From an uncultured Nitrospiraceae bacterium (lineage in GTDB: Bacteria > Nitrospirota > Nitrospiria > Nitrospirales > Nitrospiraceae), in contig CAWJWJ010000002.1 in assembly GCA_963846575.1 (NCBI GenBank), forward strand, positions 2,400,001 through 2,464,000: a DNA stretch of 64,000 nt, given 5' to 3'. This document shows positions 1-10,063 of the stretch, piece by piece. Numbering within the stretch: position 1 is the first letter of the stretch; the number at the start of each line of letters is the position of its first letter. Made by a program: the position numbers and the translations under genes. Under the pieces are notes generated by a model, which searched no databases, was not told the DNA's origin, and saw only the letters and a program-made list of their open reading frames with translations.

Positions 1-2
1 TT

Positions 3-308
3 TTGTTGGGCGGAACCATCGTGAGCGTCTCGACCTATCTGGGCTCTCAGGGACGTTCATTTCTCGCGGCTTTCGCCAGCACCTTTCCCGCCATGACCGG
101 CGCCACCTTCATCCTCATTTACCTGAATGGCGGGAGCGACCATCTCGTGACCTACGCCAAGAATCTTCTGTGGTTCGTCCCACCCTGGCTGGTCTACGTC
201 GGCTGCATGATCTACGGAGTGGAACGCGTCGGATTCTGGCTCTCGATGATCGGCTCGCTGCTCCTCTACATGGTGTGCGTGGGGCTGGTGAAATTCCTGG
301 CGCGCTAA
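3..308 (+). CDS. Small membrane protein, DUF3147-like (5' truncated by the window edge)
   Basis: Hydrophobic ORF with several TM segments (LAAFASTFP, LLWFVPPWLVY); family assigned from memory of the motif. Confidence 0.6.
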   Translation: MLGGTIVSVSTYLGSQGRSFLAAFASTFPAMTGATFILIYLNGGSDHLVTYAKNLLWFVPPWLVYVGCMIYGVERVGFWLSMIGSLLLYMVCVGLVKFLAR

Positions 309-1119
309 CGAATCCGGTGAGAGTGCGTCGCACGATGTACCACGGGACGACTTGCCCGCCCGTCCAGAGCAAGTCTACGCTCGATAGTCCCTGAGGCACA
401 GTGGCCGGTCCGTGGCTGAGTACCCGGCATGCAGAAGGGACAGTCCCCCGCACGACAGGGTTGAGGAGATGGCTTCACACCTGCCATGGCGCATCGCAAC
501 CCTACGAAGAGCAGTCTCCAATAACTTCAAGTATCTGCTGAGATAGCAATGGCTCCGCAGGTAAACTCGCCCAGCCACAAGTTAAAGTGATGGCTGATTG
601 TTCACCTGAACAGCCTTTATTCATAGGCCTTCAGAGCATTAGACTAAAACCGACATCCCACAAATCCAGATGACATCCTGGCTGAGGAGGCAAGGAATGC
701 CTGATCCGGCCGGCGGCAGCCAGGGTCCTCCCGCGACCGCTATCCGAGTCATCCATCCGTCGCGGCAATCGGCATGTCCGCCCCTGCGGACAGTTGAACG
801 AGCTCCCGCACCCCGGGAAGAACCGGCTGCCGGAATCGTCTAGCAATGGTCGCCTGCGTTCGACCAGATCACCCTCTCTATCAGGCTCAGACCGATCCAT
901 CATCGGCAGGTCCCATCAAGTGTCCAGAGCTCTCACGTCCGAAGCGTCTGCGCCTGACCTGGCCCACTCGCGGCCTCCCCTTCTGACAGCATTTCTTCCC
1001 AAACGGCGATTGTGATCGATCCATGAGGCGGTCGCCCACGTCCATTCCCTCATCACACATTGCAGGCGCTCCCCGCACTTGCTACCATGCCCGGTCTTTC
1101 CCTTGAAGGAGCCGTCAGG

Positions 1120-3954
1120 GTGGCGAACCGTATTCCTCCAGATAGAACCTCGCATGATCTGATTGTCGAAGGCGCACGCCAGAACAATTTAAAAAATATC
1201 TCATTGGGGATTCCTCACAATCACATTACCGCCATCACCGGCCTCTCGGGCTCCGGCAAATCCTCGTTGGCCTTCGATACGCTGTTTGCGGAGGGACAAT
1301 GGCGCTACGTGGAGTCTCTGTCGACCTACGCCCGAATGTTCCTCGACAAGGTGAACCGCCCTGACGTCGATCGCATGGTCAACATTCGCCCGGCCATTGC
1401 GATTGAGCAAAAGAACCCGATCCGCACCGCTCGCTCAACGGTGGGGACTGCCACGGAGCTCGCCGATCTCCTGCGTCTCCTGTTCGCCAAAATCGGGAAG
1501 CCGGTCTGCCCCGATTGCCACCAGGAAGCGCGAGGTTATCATCCGGGTTCACTGGCTGAGGAGTTGCTGGCTCAATTCCCTGACGCGCGCGCGATGATTC
1601 TGTTTCCCATCAAAGACCTCGGTCCCGGTCATGACCGGTCGCTGCTGGACTCCCTTCTGAAACGAGGTTTTACCAGGCTGCGCTGTGGTGAGGAACTATT
1701 GGACCTCCATGATCAGGCGGCGCTCCCCCAGACTCGAGACTCGGGCATCCACGTGGTCCTCGACCGTCTCATCCTCCGGGCTGACAATCGCCATCGGCTG
1801 ATCGAAGCGATCGAGGTCGCGTTTCACGAAGCCGAGGGCATCTGCCAGGTCGAGGTGATCGGCCATGGCCTCAGGACCTATAGCACTCACTTTCGCTGCC
1901 AGGGCTGCGGACGAACGTTCGAACCCTTACGGCCGCTGCTGTTTTCATTCAACCACCCGCTGGGGGCCTGTCCTGAGTGCAAGGGATTCGGGAACATCCT
2001 GCGCTACGACCAGGACCTGGTCATCCCGGATCGCGGCAAGTCCCTCGCCGGTGGTGTGATTGAGCCCTGGAGCAAACCCGGCTCCGACTGGTGGCAGAAG
2101 CAGCTCTTGCTCGCGATGAAAAAACAGGGCATCGATCTGACGGTCCCCTTTCAGGACCTGTCCGCCGAGGTACAGCAGCTTGTCTGGGAAGGGAGCGACC
2201 AGGTTGAGGGTGTCCGGCAATACTTCGACTATCTGGAAACCAAACGCTACAAGCTGCATGTGCGGGTGCTCTTGAGCCGGTACCGTAGCCCCGCCGCCTG
2301 CCCGACCTGCCATGGCAGTCGCCTGAAACCGGCCAGCCGGTTCGTCAAGGTGGCCGGCCATGATTATGTGCAACTCAATGAACTCACCATTGAGGCAGCC
2401 GACGCCTGGTTCCAGCGCCTGGCCCTGCCTGCCTTCGACGCAGAAATCGCTAAAGATATCCTGCGTCAGCTGCAGGCCAAACTGAGTTTTCTGCTCCGCG
2501 TCGGCCTCAGCTACTTGACCCTTTCACGCCAGACGAAAACCTTGTCCGGCGGAGAAGCGCAACGTATCGCCCTGGCCAATCAGCTGGGCTCCCGCCTGGT
2601 CGGCACGCTGTACGTATTGGACGAGCCGACGATCGGACTCCATGCACGCGACACCGCCACCCTGGCCGGCATTCTTCGTGACCTGGCCGACCACGGCAAC
2701 ACCGTGGTCGTGGTGGAACACGACCCGATGATGATACGGGCGGCCGACCACATCGTCGAACTGGGTCCCGGGTCGGGAGAACAGGGCGGCCATATTGTCT
2801 GCGCGGCCCCCCGCCGGCAATTCCTGGCCCACCCGACATCACTCACCGCGCGCTACCTGCGAGGTGAAGAGCGCATTCCCCTTCCGAAAGCCCGCCGCTC
2901 CGGCAATGGTAAAGTGCTCAGCATCGCCGGCGCCCGGGAGCACAATCTGAAAAACCTGGTGGTGAAAATCCCGCTCCACATGTTGGTCTGCGTCACCGGC
3001 GTATCGGGATCAGGCAAAAGCACGCTGATCGAAAAGACGTTGTATCGTGCCGCCGCCAGAGCCTTTCGTGTCGACTCCTTACCAATGGGTAAATTTCAGG
3101 CGATCAAGGGACTCGAACATGTCAAAGGCGTGCGTCTGATCGACCAGCAACCGATCGGCCGGACACCCCGCTCGAACCCCATCACCTACCTGAAGGCATT
3201 TGACGAGATTCGCGCGCTGTTCGCCTCGGAGCGCGACGCCCTACGGCAGGGTCTGACTCCCGGGCACTTTTCCTTCAATTCCGCCGGTGGTCGGTGCGAC
3301 CGTTGCGAGGGAAACGGCTACGAAAAACTGGAAATGTATTTTTTTGAAGACATCTATGCCACCTGCGAGCAGTGCAGCGGCAAGCGCTTCAAACCGGACG
3401 TGCTCAGTATCCGCTATCGAGGGAAAAGCATTCATGATGTCTTGAGCCTGACCGTGACGGAAGCACAGGCGTTTTTCTCCGGATCTCCGAAGTTGACCGA
3501 AAAATTGTATCTGCTCTCCTCAATCGGGTTGGGGTACCTACGGCTGGGCCAAGCCGCCACCACCCTGTCCGGAGGAGAAGCACAGCGGCTGAAGATCGCC
3601 GCCGAATTGAAAGACCCGTCGGCGCACAATGTTCTGTATATTCTGGATGAGCCGACCACCGGCCTTCACCTCGACGACATCAAGAAACTCCTCGCCGTTC
3701 TGCAAAAATTAGTGGACGCCGGCAACACCCTTATCGTGGTCGAACACAATCTGGACGTGATTAAAACCGCCGACTGGGTGATCGACCTCGGTCCCGAGGG
3801 AGGCGAGGGAGGCGGGCACATCATCGCTGAGGGACGTCCTGAACAGGTAGCGAAGGTCGCAGAATCCCACACGGGACGTTTCTTGGCGAAAGTATTGGAA
3901 GAGGCGGCAGGAGCAGCCTCGGTCGGTGGCCCGGCACGGACGAAGGAGCGTTAG
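1120..3954 (+). CDS. uvrA: Excinuclease ABC subunit A (probably a second, divergent UvrA paralog)
   Basis: Two ABC cassettes (GLSGSGKS, GVSGSGKS; LSGGEAQR twice; LDEPT) and CxxC zinc modules. GTG at 1120 follows GAAGGAG. Confidence 0.93.
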   Translation: MANRIPPDRTSHDLIVEGARQNNLKNISLGIPHNHITAITGLSGSGKSSLAFDTLFAEGQWRYVESLSTYARMFLDKVNRPDVDRMVNIRPAIAIEQKNPIRTARSTVGTATELADLLRLLFAKIGKPVCPDCHQEARGYHPGSLAEELLAQFPDARAMILFPIKDLGPGHDRSLLDSLLKRGFTRLRCGEELLDLHDQAALPQTRDSGIHVVLDRLILRADNRHRLIEAIEVAFHEAEGICQVEVIGHGLRTYSTHFRCQGCGRTFEPLRPLLFSFNHPLGACPECKGFGNILRYDQDLVIPDRGKSLAGGVIEPWSKPGSDWWQKQLLLAMKKQGIDLTVPFQDLSAEVQQLVWEGSDQVEGVRQYFDYLETKRYKLHVRVLLSRYRSPAACPTCHGSRLKPASRFVKVAGHDYVQLNELTIEAADAWFQRLALPAFDAEIAKDILRQLQAKLSFLLRVGLSYLTLSRQTKTLSGGEAQRIALANQLGSRLVGTLYVLDEPTIGLHARDTATLAGILRDLADHGNTVVVVEHDPMMIRAADHIVELGPGSGEQGGHIVCAAPRRQFLAHPTSLTARYLRGEERIPLPKARRSGNGKVLSIAGAREHNLKNLVVKIPLHMLVCVTGVSGSGKSTLIEKTLYRAAARAFRVDSLPMGKFQAIKGLEHVKGVRLIDQQPIGRTPRSNPITYLKAFDEIRALFASERDALRQGLTPGHFSFNSAGGRCDRCEGNGYEKLEMYFFEDIYATCEQCSGKRFKPDVLSIRYRGKSIHDVLSLTVTEAQAFFSGSPKLTEKLYLLSSIGLGYLRLGQAATTLSGGEAQRLKIAAELKDPSAHNVLYILDEPTTGLHLDDIKKLLAVLQKLVDAGNTLIVVEHNLDVIKTADWVIDLGPEGGEGGGHIIAEGRPEQVAKVAESHTGRFLAKVLEEAAGAASVGGPARTKER

Positions 3955-4511
3955 TTAAACGAGGGGTCGAACGGCATATCGGCGTAGTGACGTGAGTCGT
4001 CGTCCAAGGACAGGAGAATATCGGACCAGATTTGGGTGGGATTCTTTTCGAATACGATCGAGGGATCTGCAGGCAGCGTGATCCAAGACCCTGTTTGCAT
4101 CTCCGATTCGAGCTGGCCCGGCCCCCAGCCTGAATAGCCCAGATATGCGCGGAAGGATTCCTTGTCTGGCTGCTGAGTCAAAATCCGCTCCATGATCTCC
4201 AAATCACCCCCCAGACAGACGCCATCGATCACCTGATGCGAATTCTCAGGGGTCTGGTTGATACGGTAGAGCATCATGACCTGGTTGGTCTGGACAGGTC
4301 CGCCCGCATAGAGCACGTGCGGCTGCCCTTCCAGGATCGGGACCTGGGGCAGTGCCTCGGAGATGGACATTCCGGTCGGCCGGTTGACGATCACCCCCAG
4401 GGCACCTTCCGGCCCGTGCTCGCACAGGAGCACGACCGCTTGTCGGAAATTAGGATCTTTTAAAGCGGGTGCCGCGACTAACAGGATGCCTTTCCCGAGC
4501 GGAGTCATCAT
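3951..4511 (-). CDS. YqgE/AlgH family protein (DUF179)
   Basis: DPNFRQAVVLLCEH, GGPV, GYSGWGPGQLESE motifs. Confidence 0.92.
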   Translation of the reverse strand: MMTPLGKGILLVAAPALKDPNFRQAVVLLCEHGPEGALGVIVNRPTGMSISEALPQVPILEGQPHVLYAGGPVQTNQVMMLYRINQTPENSHQVIDGVCLGGDLEIMERILTQQPDKESFRAYLGYSGWGPGQLESEMQTGSWITLPADPSIVFEKNPTQIWSDILLSLDDDSRHYADMPFDPSFN

Positions 4512-4575
4512 ACTTTATCCTACCTTGTGCCCGTAGACGACGCAAGGTGCGTCGCAAAACGGAGAGAGCGGAACA

Positions 4576-5367
4576 CTAGACATCGTAGAAACTGGGACGG
4601 CGGTCGCGCAGAAGGTCATTGTATGCATTGAGCGCTTTCGTTCTGGCTTCTGTAGGATCGATTTCAACAATGCTCAGTTCCTCACGTTCAGAGGAAGCGC
4701 GTTGCATAATGCGTCCCTTGGGAGTTACGACTTCGCTCATCCCGATAAACGTCAGCCGTTCCTTTCCCCCTCGGGCTTCGCTGCCGATTCGATTGGCCGT
4801 GATGCTGTAGACCCGGTTTTCCAGGCAGCGCGTCACCATCGAGTCGGGACAGTGCGGCAAGACGAGGTTTGAAGGATGCGCGATGATATCCGCGCCCTGA
4901 AGCGCCAGCGTGCGGGCCGCTTCCGGATAGAACCAGTCAAAACAAATCATGACCCCGACTCTGGCACCCCCAATATCCCACACGTGAAAGCCGCTATCTC
5001 CCGGGGTAAAAAAGCACGTTTCCTCGAAAAACAGATGGGTTTTACGATAACAGCCGATGAATCCCTGCGGCCCGACCACCACCGCTGAATTAAAACAATG
5101 CGCCCCGGCCCGTTCCGGCAACCCTGCCACAATGGTGACCCCACGCCGCCTGGCCAGGTCAGCCAGCCGTTTGGTCGTGGCCCCATCGGGAACCGGTTCC
5201 GCCAGCTTTTCCACCTCATCCTGGGACACAAACTGGTATCCGGTGGCAAACAGTTCCGGCAGGACGATCAGATCGGCTTCTACCGCCTCCAGTCTGGCCG
5301 TCACGAGATCAAGATTACGATCGACCTCGCCGAAGACCGGATTGAATTGGAAATACCCGACTCGCAT
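4576..5367 (-). CDS. Carbon-nitrogen hydrolase (nitrilase superfamily)
   Basis: E-K-C triad context: LPELF, YRKTHL, ICFDW. Confidence 0.9.
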   Translation of the reverse strand: MRVGYFQFNPVFGEVDRNLDLVTARLEAVEADLIVLPELFATGYQFVSQDEVEKLAEPVPDGATTKRLADLARRRGVTIVAGLPERAGAHCFNSAVVVGPQGFIGCYRKTHLFFEETCFFTPGDSGFHVWDIGGARVGVMICFDWFYPEAARTLALQGADIIAHPSNLVLPHCPDSMVTRCLENRVYSITANRIGSEARGGKERLTFIGMSEVVTPKGRIMQRASSEREELSIVEIDPTEARTKALNAYNDLLRDRRPSFYDV

Positions 5368-5384
5368 AGTGCTGCGTTCCAATC

Positions 5385-5419
5385 AAACAAAAGGCGGGCA
5401 GGGAGTCCCCTGCCCGCCT
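5385..5419 (-). terminator. Intrinsic terminator downstream of smbP
   Basis: AGGCGGGCAGGG-AGTC-CCCTGCCCGCCT 12-bp stem followed by a T-rich tract on the minus strand. Confidence 0.8.
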
Positions 5420-5450
5420 GACTTTGAGACCAGTGCCGCGCAAGAAATGC

Positions 5451-5807
5451 TTACATGCCCTCGGACAGATGAGGAATGGCGTTTTCAATCGCCTTGGTCG
5501 CAACATCGGCATGACCGGCCTTGCCGTGTTCGATTCCATCTTTCAGGCCCTTAATCCCTTCGGCGACGTGGGGATTCTTGGTTTCGGCCATTGCGCCATC
5601 GGCATGCTTCAGTGCCGTTTCCGCATGCTTCACCAGCGCATCCGCATGGCCTTGCTTCCCATGGACGACCGCTTCCTTCGCGTGCTCCACCGCTTCGGCC
5701 TGATGCTTATTTCCCGCCGCGAGAGCCACGCCGGCCACAATCGGCGCCCCCAGGAGCGCCAACATAATCCCCGCCGTCACGAGTCCTCGCCACTTAGCAG
5801 TCTGCAT
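5451..5807 (-). CDS. smbP: Small metal-binding periplasmic protein SmbP
   Basis: Signal peptide followed by His-heptad helices (HQAEAVEHAKEAVVHGKQGHADALVKHAETALKH). Confidence 0.88.
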   Translation of the reverse strand: MQTAKWRGLVTAGIMLALLGAPIVAGVALAAGNKHQAEAVEHAKEAVVHGKQGHADALVKHAETALKHADGAMAETKNPHVAEGIKGLKDGIEHGKAGHADVATKAIENAIPHLSEGM

Positions 5808-5885
5808 GGAACGCCTCCCTCTGTAAGTATGTGCACTGCATGATTGTATAACTTCAGTTCAGCATAAAGAGGGCTGCCGGTCCTG

Positions 5886-6779
5886 TCAAGACGGGCGCAT
5901 GCCGGTCGGAACCTTCGCCTCCGAGAGACCTAACAGCTTCTGCAACGCGACCAGATCCTTCTCGACCGGACAGGCAAAATCCCGGCTCCATTCCCACCAG
6001 GAACCTGGATAATTGCGCAGCTTCTCGTGGCCGACCAGCCGCAGTATGAAGTAGAGCCATCCTGCACGGACCCCTCCGGTGCAGTAACAGATGGTCTCAT
6101 GCGCCGGATCGAGCCCCTTCATATCCAGTTGCGCCTTGATGGTCTCCAGATCCTTGACCGTGGCATCGGGATTCAAAAACCCGCTCCAGGCCACATGCAC
6201 AGCGCCCGGAATATGTCCCGGGCGGGGGATACCGGAGACTTCTTTCCCGAGGTATTCTTCCAGGCTTCGGGCATCGACTATCGTCGTCGTCGGGTGCGGC
6301 TTCCTGACGATACCCTTCAGCTCGTCCTTCATGATGATCGCTGAGTCGACCGGATTCACCGTGAAATTCCCGGGCGTCGACCGCGCCGGCCCATGTTCGA
6401 AGGGACGACGTTCATCGATCCATTTGACCCATCCTCCGTCCAGCACCTTGACGTTTTTGTGACCGAAATATTCCAGCATCCAAAACATCCGGCCTTCATC
6501 GCCCCAGTTATCAAACGGGTTCGAATAGATCACGACCTCGCTGTCGTGATTGATGCCGAGCCCCTGCAGGCGCTGCTCGACCCGCTTGAGGTTCGGATCC
6601 AGCAACCCCTTGGCCACGGCATCGGGATCACTATAGTCATGCCAGGTGGTGTGAACGGCGCCGGGGATATGACCGCCGAATTCGTAGGCCGCTCTCCCCC
6701 GGACGTCAACGATCACCAGACCCGGTTGCCCCAGGCGCTCCTGGAGGCTGTTGCTATCGATCAATAATGGGTGTTGCAT
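5886..6779 (-). CDS. Two-domain sulfurtransferase (rhodanese)
   Basis: GHIPGA twice, VLDGG, active-site loop YCTGGVR, C-terminal YPGSWWEW. Confidence 0.92.
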   Translation of the reverse strand: MQHPLLIDSNSLQERLGQPGLVIVDVRGRAAYEFGGHIPGAVHTTWHDYSDPDAVAKGLLDPNLKRVEQRLQGLGINHDSEVVIYSNPFDNWGDEGRMFWMLEYFGHKNVKVLDGGWVKWIDERRPFEHGPARSTPGNFTVNPVDSAIIMKDELKGIVRKPHPTTTIVDARSLEEYLGKEVSGIPRPGHIPGAVHVAWSGFLNPDATVKDLETIKAQLDMKGLDPAHETICYCTGGVRAGWLYFILRLVGHEKLRNYPGSWWEWSRDFACPVEKDLVALQKLLGLSEAKVPTGMRPS

Positions 6780-6807
6780 GGGTTCCTCAATCTGGATCGG
6801 TGAATAC

Positions 6808-8082
6808 TTATCCCTTGGACGCCTCGGGACTCAAACAGGCCAAGGGTGGCGGCTCAGGCAAGGGATCGGTGAAGGCAGCTACCACTCTGTCATTAAACGG
6901 GACTTCCCGTTCATAGACCGTAAAGCTGTAGGGATCATCCGCCATCAAACCATACTTGGTTTGTAACATTTCGTGCTGCTTGTCGCTCAGGATGTGGTAC
7001 CGGACTCGGGCCGTCAACGTCAACCCCTTCGCGGCCTCGGGCAACTGATAGGCGAATTGATACTCCCGGCTGGCCAGCGGAAGCAACCGGTTATCGTACA
7101 ATTCCACGATGGCGGGCTGCCACATGATCCATCGCCCCATCGTGTGGCTTTTTTCAGCCAAAACCTGTTGACCCGCGTCTTTCACCGTGAACTCGACCGT
7201 AAAGTACCGGTCAGGGTCGCCCGTGGGAATCTTGTGGCCCGCTCCCGCATTCGAGAGCGTCAGGCTCACGGTCACCCGCTCACCAGGCTTCGGAGCGGGC
7301 GGATCGGCTTTCACTTGAATCGCAACCGCCCGCTTGACCATATCGGGATCATGCCCCCCCCGCCACAGGTGCCGGCGGCCCCGCCGGATCGGTCCGTTCT
7401 CGGCCACGGGACGGTCGACTTCCGGCATATGGCAGCTTTGACAGATGAAGCCCCGCTCCTGCATGAAATACTTGCCTTCATACTCGGCATAGGTCCCGCA
7501 AGGACCCACATTGTAGAACTGCGCCGGTCCCGACACGACGTTGTGGCAGCGGTAGCAAATTTGAGCCGTGCGAAAACTGGGGTCGAATTTTGTGGGGTGC
7601 GGCGCGGCCGAATCGTCGAACGGACCGAGCACCACCCCGTCGCGCACATGACAGGCGGCGCAGGTAATCGACTCTTTTCGCAAGTCAGCATCAAAGTGTG
7701 GATTGGGTTCCTGAATGGCCTTCTCGACGCGGCCTCGCGGAATGTCCTTGATCAGCGTGGGCTGCTGATTTTCCAGCGGCGTATGGCAATTCAAGCAGAC
7801 CCAGATCTGTTTGTCTTTTTTCCAATAGGCTTGGAAGAACGGATCTTCATAGGCCTGAGCATGGATGCTGGTCTTCCATTCCTCGTAGATCTCACGGTGG
7901 CACTGTCCGCAGGACTCGGCCTTCAGGCTGGTCAGCCCCTCCGGGATCTTCTGAAACGGAATGGCATGGGCATAGTCCGATCGAAGCCCAAAGATGACGA
8001 CCGGCTTCACCTCCGTATAATAGAGGTAGACGATCCCGACGATCGTCGCGAGGCCGAGGGGGATTTTCATCCAGAGACTCAT
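6808..8082 (-). CDS. Membrane-anchored pentaheme c-type cytochrome
   Basis: N-terminal TM helix; five CxxCH motifs (CGQCH, CLNCH, CAACH, CYRCH, CQSCH); GHKIPTG. Confidence 0.88.
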   Translation of the reverse strand: MSLWMKIPLGLATIVGIVYLYYTEVKPVVIFGLRSDYAHAIPFQKIPEGLTSLKAESCGQCHREIYEEWKTSIHAQAYEDPFFQAYWKKDKQIWVCLNCHTPLENQQPTLIKDIPRGRVEKAIQEPNPHFDADLRKESITCAACHVRDGVVLGPFDDSAAPHPTKFDPSFRTAQICYRCHNVVSGPAQFYNVGPCGTYAEYEGKYFMQERGFICQSCHMPEVDRPVAENGPIRRGRRHLWRGGHDPDMVKRAVAIQVKADPPAPKPGERVTVSLTLSNAGAGHKIPTGDPDRYFTVEFTVKDAGQQVLAEKSHTMGRWIMWQPAIVELYDNRLLPLASREYQFAYQLPEAAKGLTLTARVRYHILSDKQHEMLQTKYGLMADDPYSFTVYEREVPFNDRVVAAFTDPLPEPPPLACLSPEASKG

Positions 8083-9023
8083 GCCTCAACCAGAGCCTGA
8101 ACGTGCCGCTCAACCGACATCGCCAAGGCCGCCAGGTTGTACCCGCCCTCAAGCGAAGACAGGAGACGTCCCTGGCAATGCTTCCTGGCAAGCCCGGCCA
8201 CGATGGCGGTGAGATCGCCATACCCCTCCTCGGTCAGGCCCATGCTGGCTAACGGATCATCCCGGTGGGCGTCAAAGCCCGCGGAGATCAGCACGAAGTC
8301 AGGTTTGAAGGCATCTGCGGCCGGCACCAACACTTTCTGAAAGACTGCCCGATACTCCTCATCACCTTCCCCTGCGTCCATCGGCACATTGATCGTGTAA
8401 CCTTCGGCCGCACCGCTCCCGCGTTCTGTCGCGCGGCCGGTCCCGGGGTAGTGGGGATACTGATGGGTGCTGAAAAAGAGAACCGAAGGATCTCTCTCGA
8501 AGCTGTGCTGCGTGCCGTTCCCGTGATGCACATCCCAATCGACGATCAGCACCCTCTGAAGGCCATATCGTTTTTGGACATACCGCGCAGCGATTGCGAC
8601 ATTGTTGAACAGACAGAATCCCATCGCCCGATCGGCCTCCGCGTGATGCCCCGGCGGACGCACCGCACAAAAGGCATGTTGAACCCGGCCGCCCATGATC
8701 GCATCCACCCCGGCCAACGCTCCGCCTGCGGCGAGGTAGGCGGCCGTCAACGAGCCTGGCGAGAGTGAGGTATCGGCGTCCAGAGAGACCCGTCCGGTGG
8801 CGGGAGCCTGCTGGCTGAGGAGGGTCACGTAACTGGGGTGATGCACCAGCGTCAACCATTCGTCTTCGGCTCTTCGAGGTGCAATCATATCGAGCCTGGC
8901 AGCCAGGCCGCTCTGTTCGAGTCGCTGCATGATGACACGAAGCCGGTCGGGCGACTCCGGATGCCCGGCGCCCATGTCATGACCGAGGTAGCATGGATCG
9001 TAAATAAGGCCGGTTTTCCCCAT
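8079..9023 (-). CDS. Zn-dependent histone deacetylase family protein
   Basis: HPESPDRL, RPPGHHA, GFCLFNN, DWDVHHGNGTQ, SAGFDAH, LEGGY. Confidence 0.93.
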   Translation of the reverse strand: MGKTGLIYDPCYLGHDMGAGHPESPDRLRVIMQRLEQSGLAARLDMIAPRRAEDEWLTLVHHPSYVTLLSQQAPATGRVSLDADTSLSPGSLTAAYLAAGGALAGVDAIMGGRVQHAFCAVRPPGHHAEADRAMGFCLFNNVAIAARYVQKRYGLQRVLIVDWDVHHGNGTQHSFERDPSVLFFSTHQYPHYPGTGRATERGSGAAEGYTINVPMDAGEGDEEYRAVFQKVLVPAADAFKPDFVLISAGFDAHRDDPLASMGLTEEGYGDLTAIVAGLARKHCQGRLLSSLEGGYNLAALAMSVERHVQALVEA

Positions 9024-9166
9024 GACAGAATCCGTGAGAAATCGCCCGACACCATCAAGGCAGAAGGGCCATGGGTCAGACTAGCATGCAGGAATCGCGA
9101 TAGACAATGATCGGAAACGCGTGCTACGGTCTGCTCTTATCTCACCGTGTTACCCTGGAGAACTTG

Positions 9167-9484
9167 ATGCCGAATCCGAGAATTGAACCGCTGAAGAAAG
9201 TGCTGACGATCGACCCGAACGACGAGGTTGCCTGGTTCGGGCTGGGGAAGGCGTATATGGAGGATGCCAACTGGCAGGAAGCCGTCACCGCCCTGCAGGG
9301 CTGCATTAAGGTCAAACCCACCTATTCGGCGGCTTTTTATGCATTGGCGCAGTCGCTTCAGAAACTCGGCCGTTTCGACGAATGCCGGCAGGTGTCTGAC
9401 CAAGGAATTGCCGTCTCGACGAAAAATGGTGATGCGATGGTGACGAAGAACCTGGAAGCCCTGAAAACTACGCTCCCTGCCTGA
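9167..9484 (+). CDS. Tetratricopeptide repeat protein
   Basis: TPR pattern (DPNDEVAWFGLGKAY; PTYSAAFYALAQSL). Confidence 0.85.
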   Translation: MPNPRIEPLKKVLTIDPNDEVAWFGLGKAYMEDANWQEAVTALQGCIKVKPTYSAAFYALAQSLQKLGRFDECRQVSDQGIAVSTKNGDAMVTKNLEALKTTLPA

Positions 9485-9582
9485 GTCTCCGCCCACCGGA
9501 GGAACGATCCCATCCACGCCGGTCCGCGGAAACCTCCCGCCACTGCTTCCACAGACTAGGGTGGACGGGGCCATCGAAGGCC

Positions 9583-9912
9583 TTACGCTGATGCGGTGCC
9601 CGTCTCGTCATCATCCCCGGCCTTGGCCTCTCCTTCGCGCCGCTGCTCAAGTGTCGTGGCCACCTCATCGAGCCAGCGGCCGGCTCCGTCCAGCACTTCC
9701 CGTACCAGCGGTTCCGGATGGCCCGTGCGTTTCATCGTCCATTGGCACAGATAGCCCAAGAGATCTTCCCGCTCGAAGCGGCGCGTCGATTGGGTGGACA
9801 GCACGGATAGTTCCGACAGGCCGGTCCGGAGAATCTCCGCCACCGTGTCGCGCCCATAGGAGGTGGCGGCCGTCACATATTGAATCGCGCGGTTGATTTC
9901 CTGTTCAGTCAT
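9583..9912 (-). CDS. Hypothetical protein
   Basis: 109-aa ORF with RBS-like GGAAGG and an upstream sigma70-like promoter. Confidence 0.7.
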   Translation of the reverse strand: MTEQEINRAIQYVTAATSYGRDTVAEILRTGLSELSVLSTQSTRRFEREDLLGYLCQWTMKRTGHPEPLVREVLDGAGRWLDEVATTLEQRREGEAKAGDDDETGTASA

Positions 9913-9930
9913 GACCTTCCCCTGCGGCGG

Positions 9931-9958
9931 ATTGTAACATTCGAACCGCCCCTGTCAA
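9931..9958 (-). promoter_or_regulatory. Sigma70-type promoter
   Basis: TTGACA-16 bp-TACAAT with extended -10 TG. Confidence 0.6.
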
Positions 9959-10063
9959 CGGTGAGTGACGATGTCCGGGGACATGGTAAAATCTTCCAAC
10001 CTGCCGCATTCGACGATGGTATGATCCCTGGCATTGTTCACCCTTATCATCGGAGCCTCGACT

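Noticed and set aside
464..506. GGAGATGG... resembling the start of a fluoride riboswitch
   Set aside because: No complementary stem and no downstream GCTGATGAC-type motif; no fluoride-related gene follows.
309..1059. Several 60-110 aa ORFs in the spacer before uvrA
   Set aside because: No recognisable motifs or RBS; they overlap each other in several frames.
6973..8100. Long antisense ORFs (also 15071-15994, 16873-19758, 36920-37972, 38507-39583, 47492-48673, 53046-54284)
   Set aside because: Shadow frames of well-supported genes, as expected in GC-rich coding DNA.
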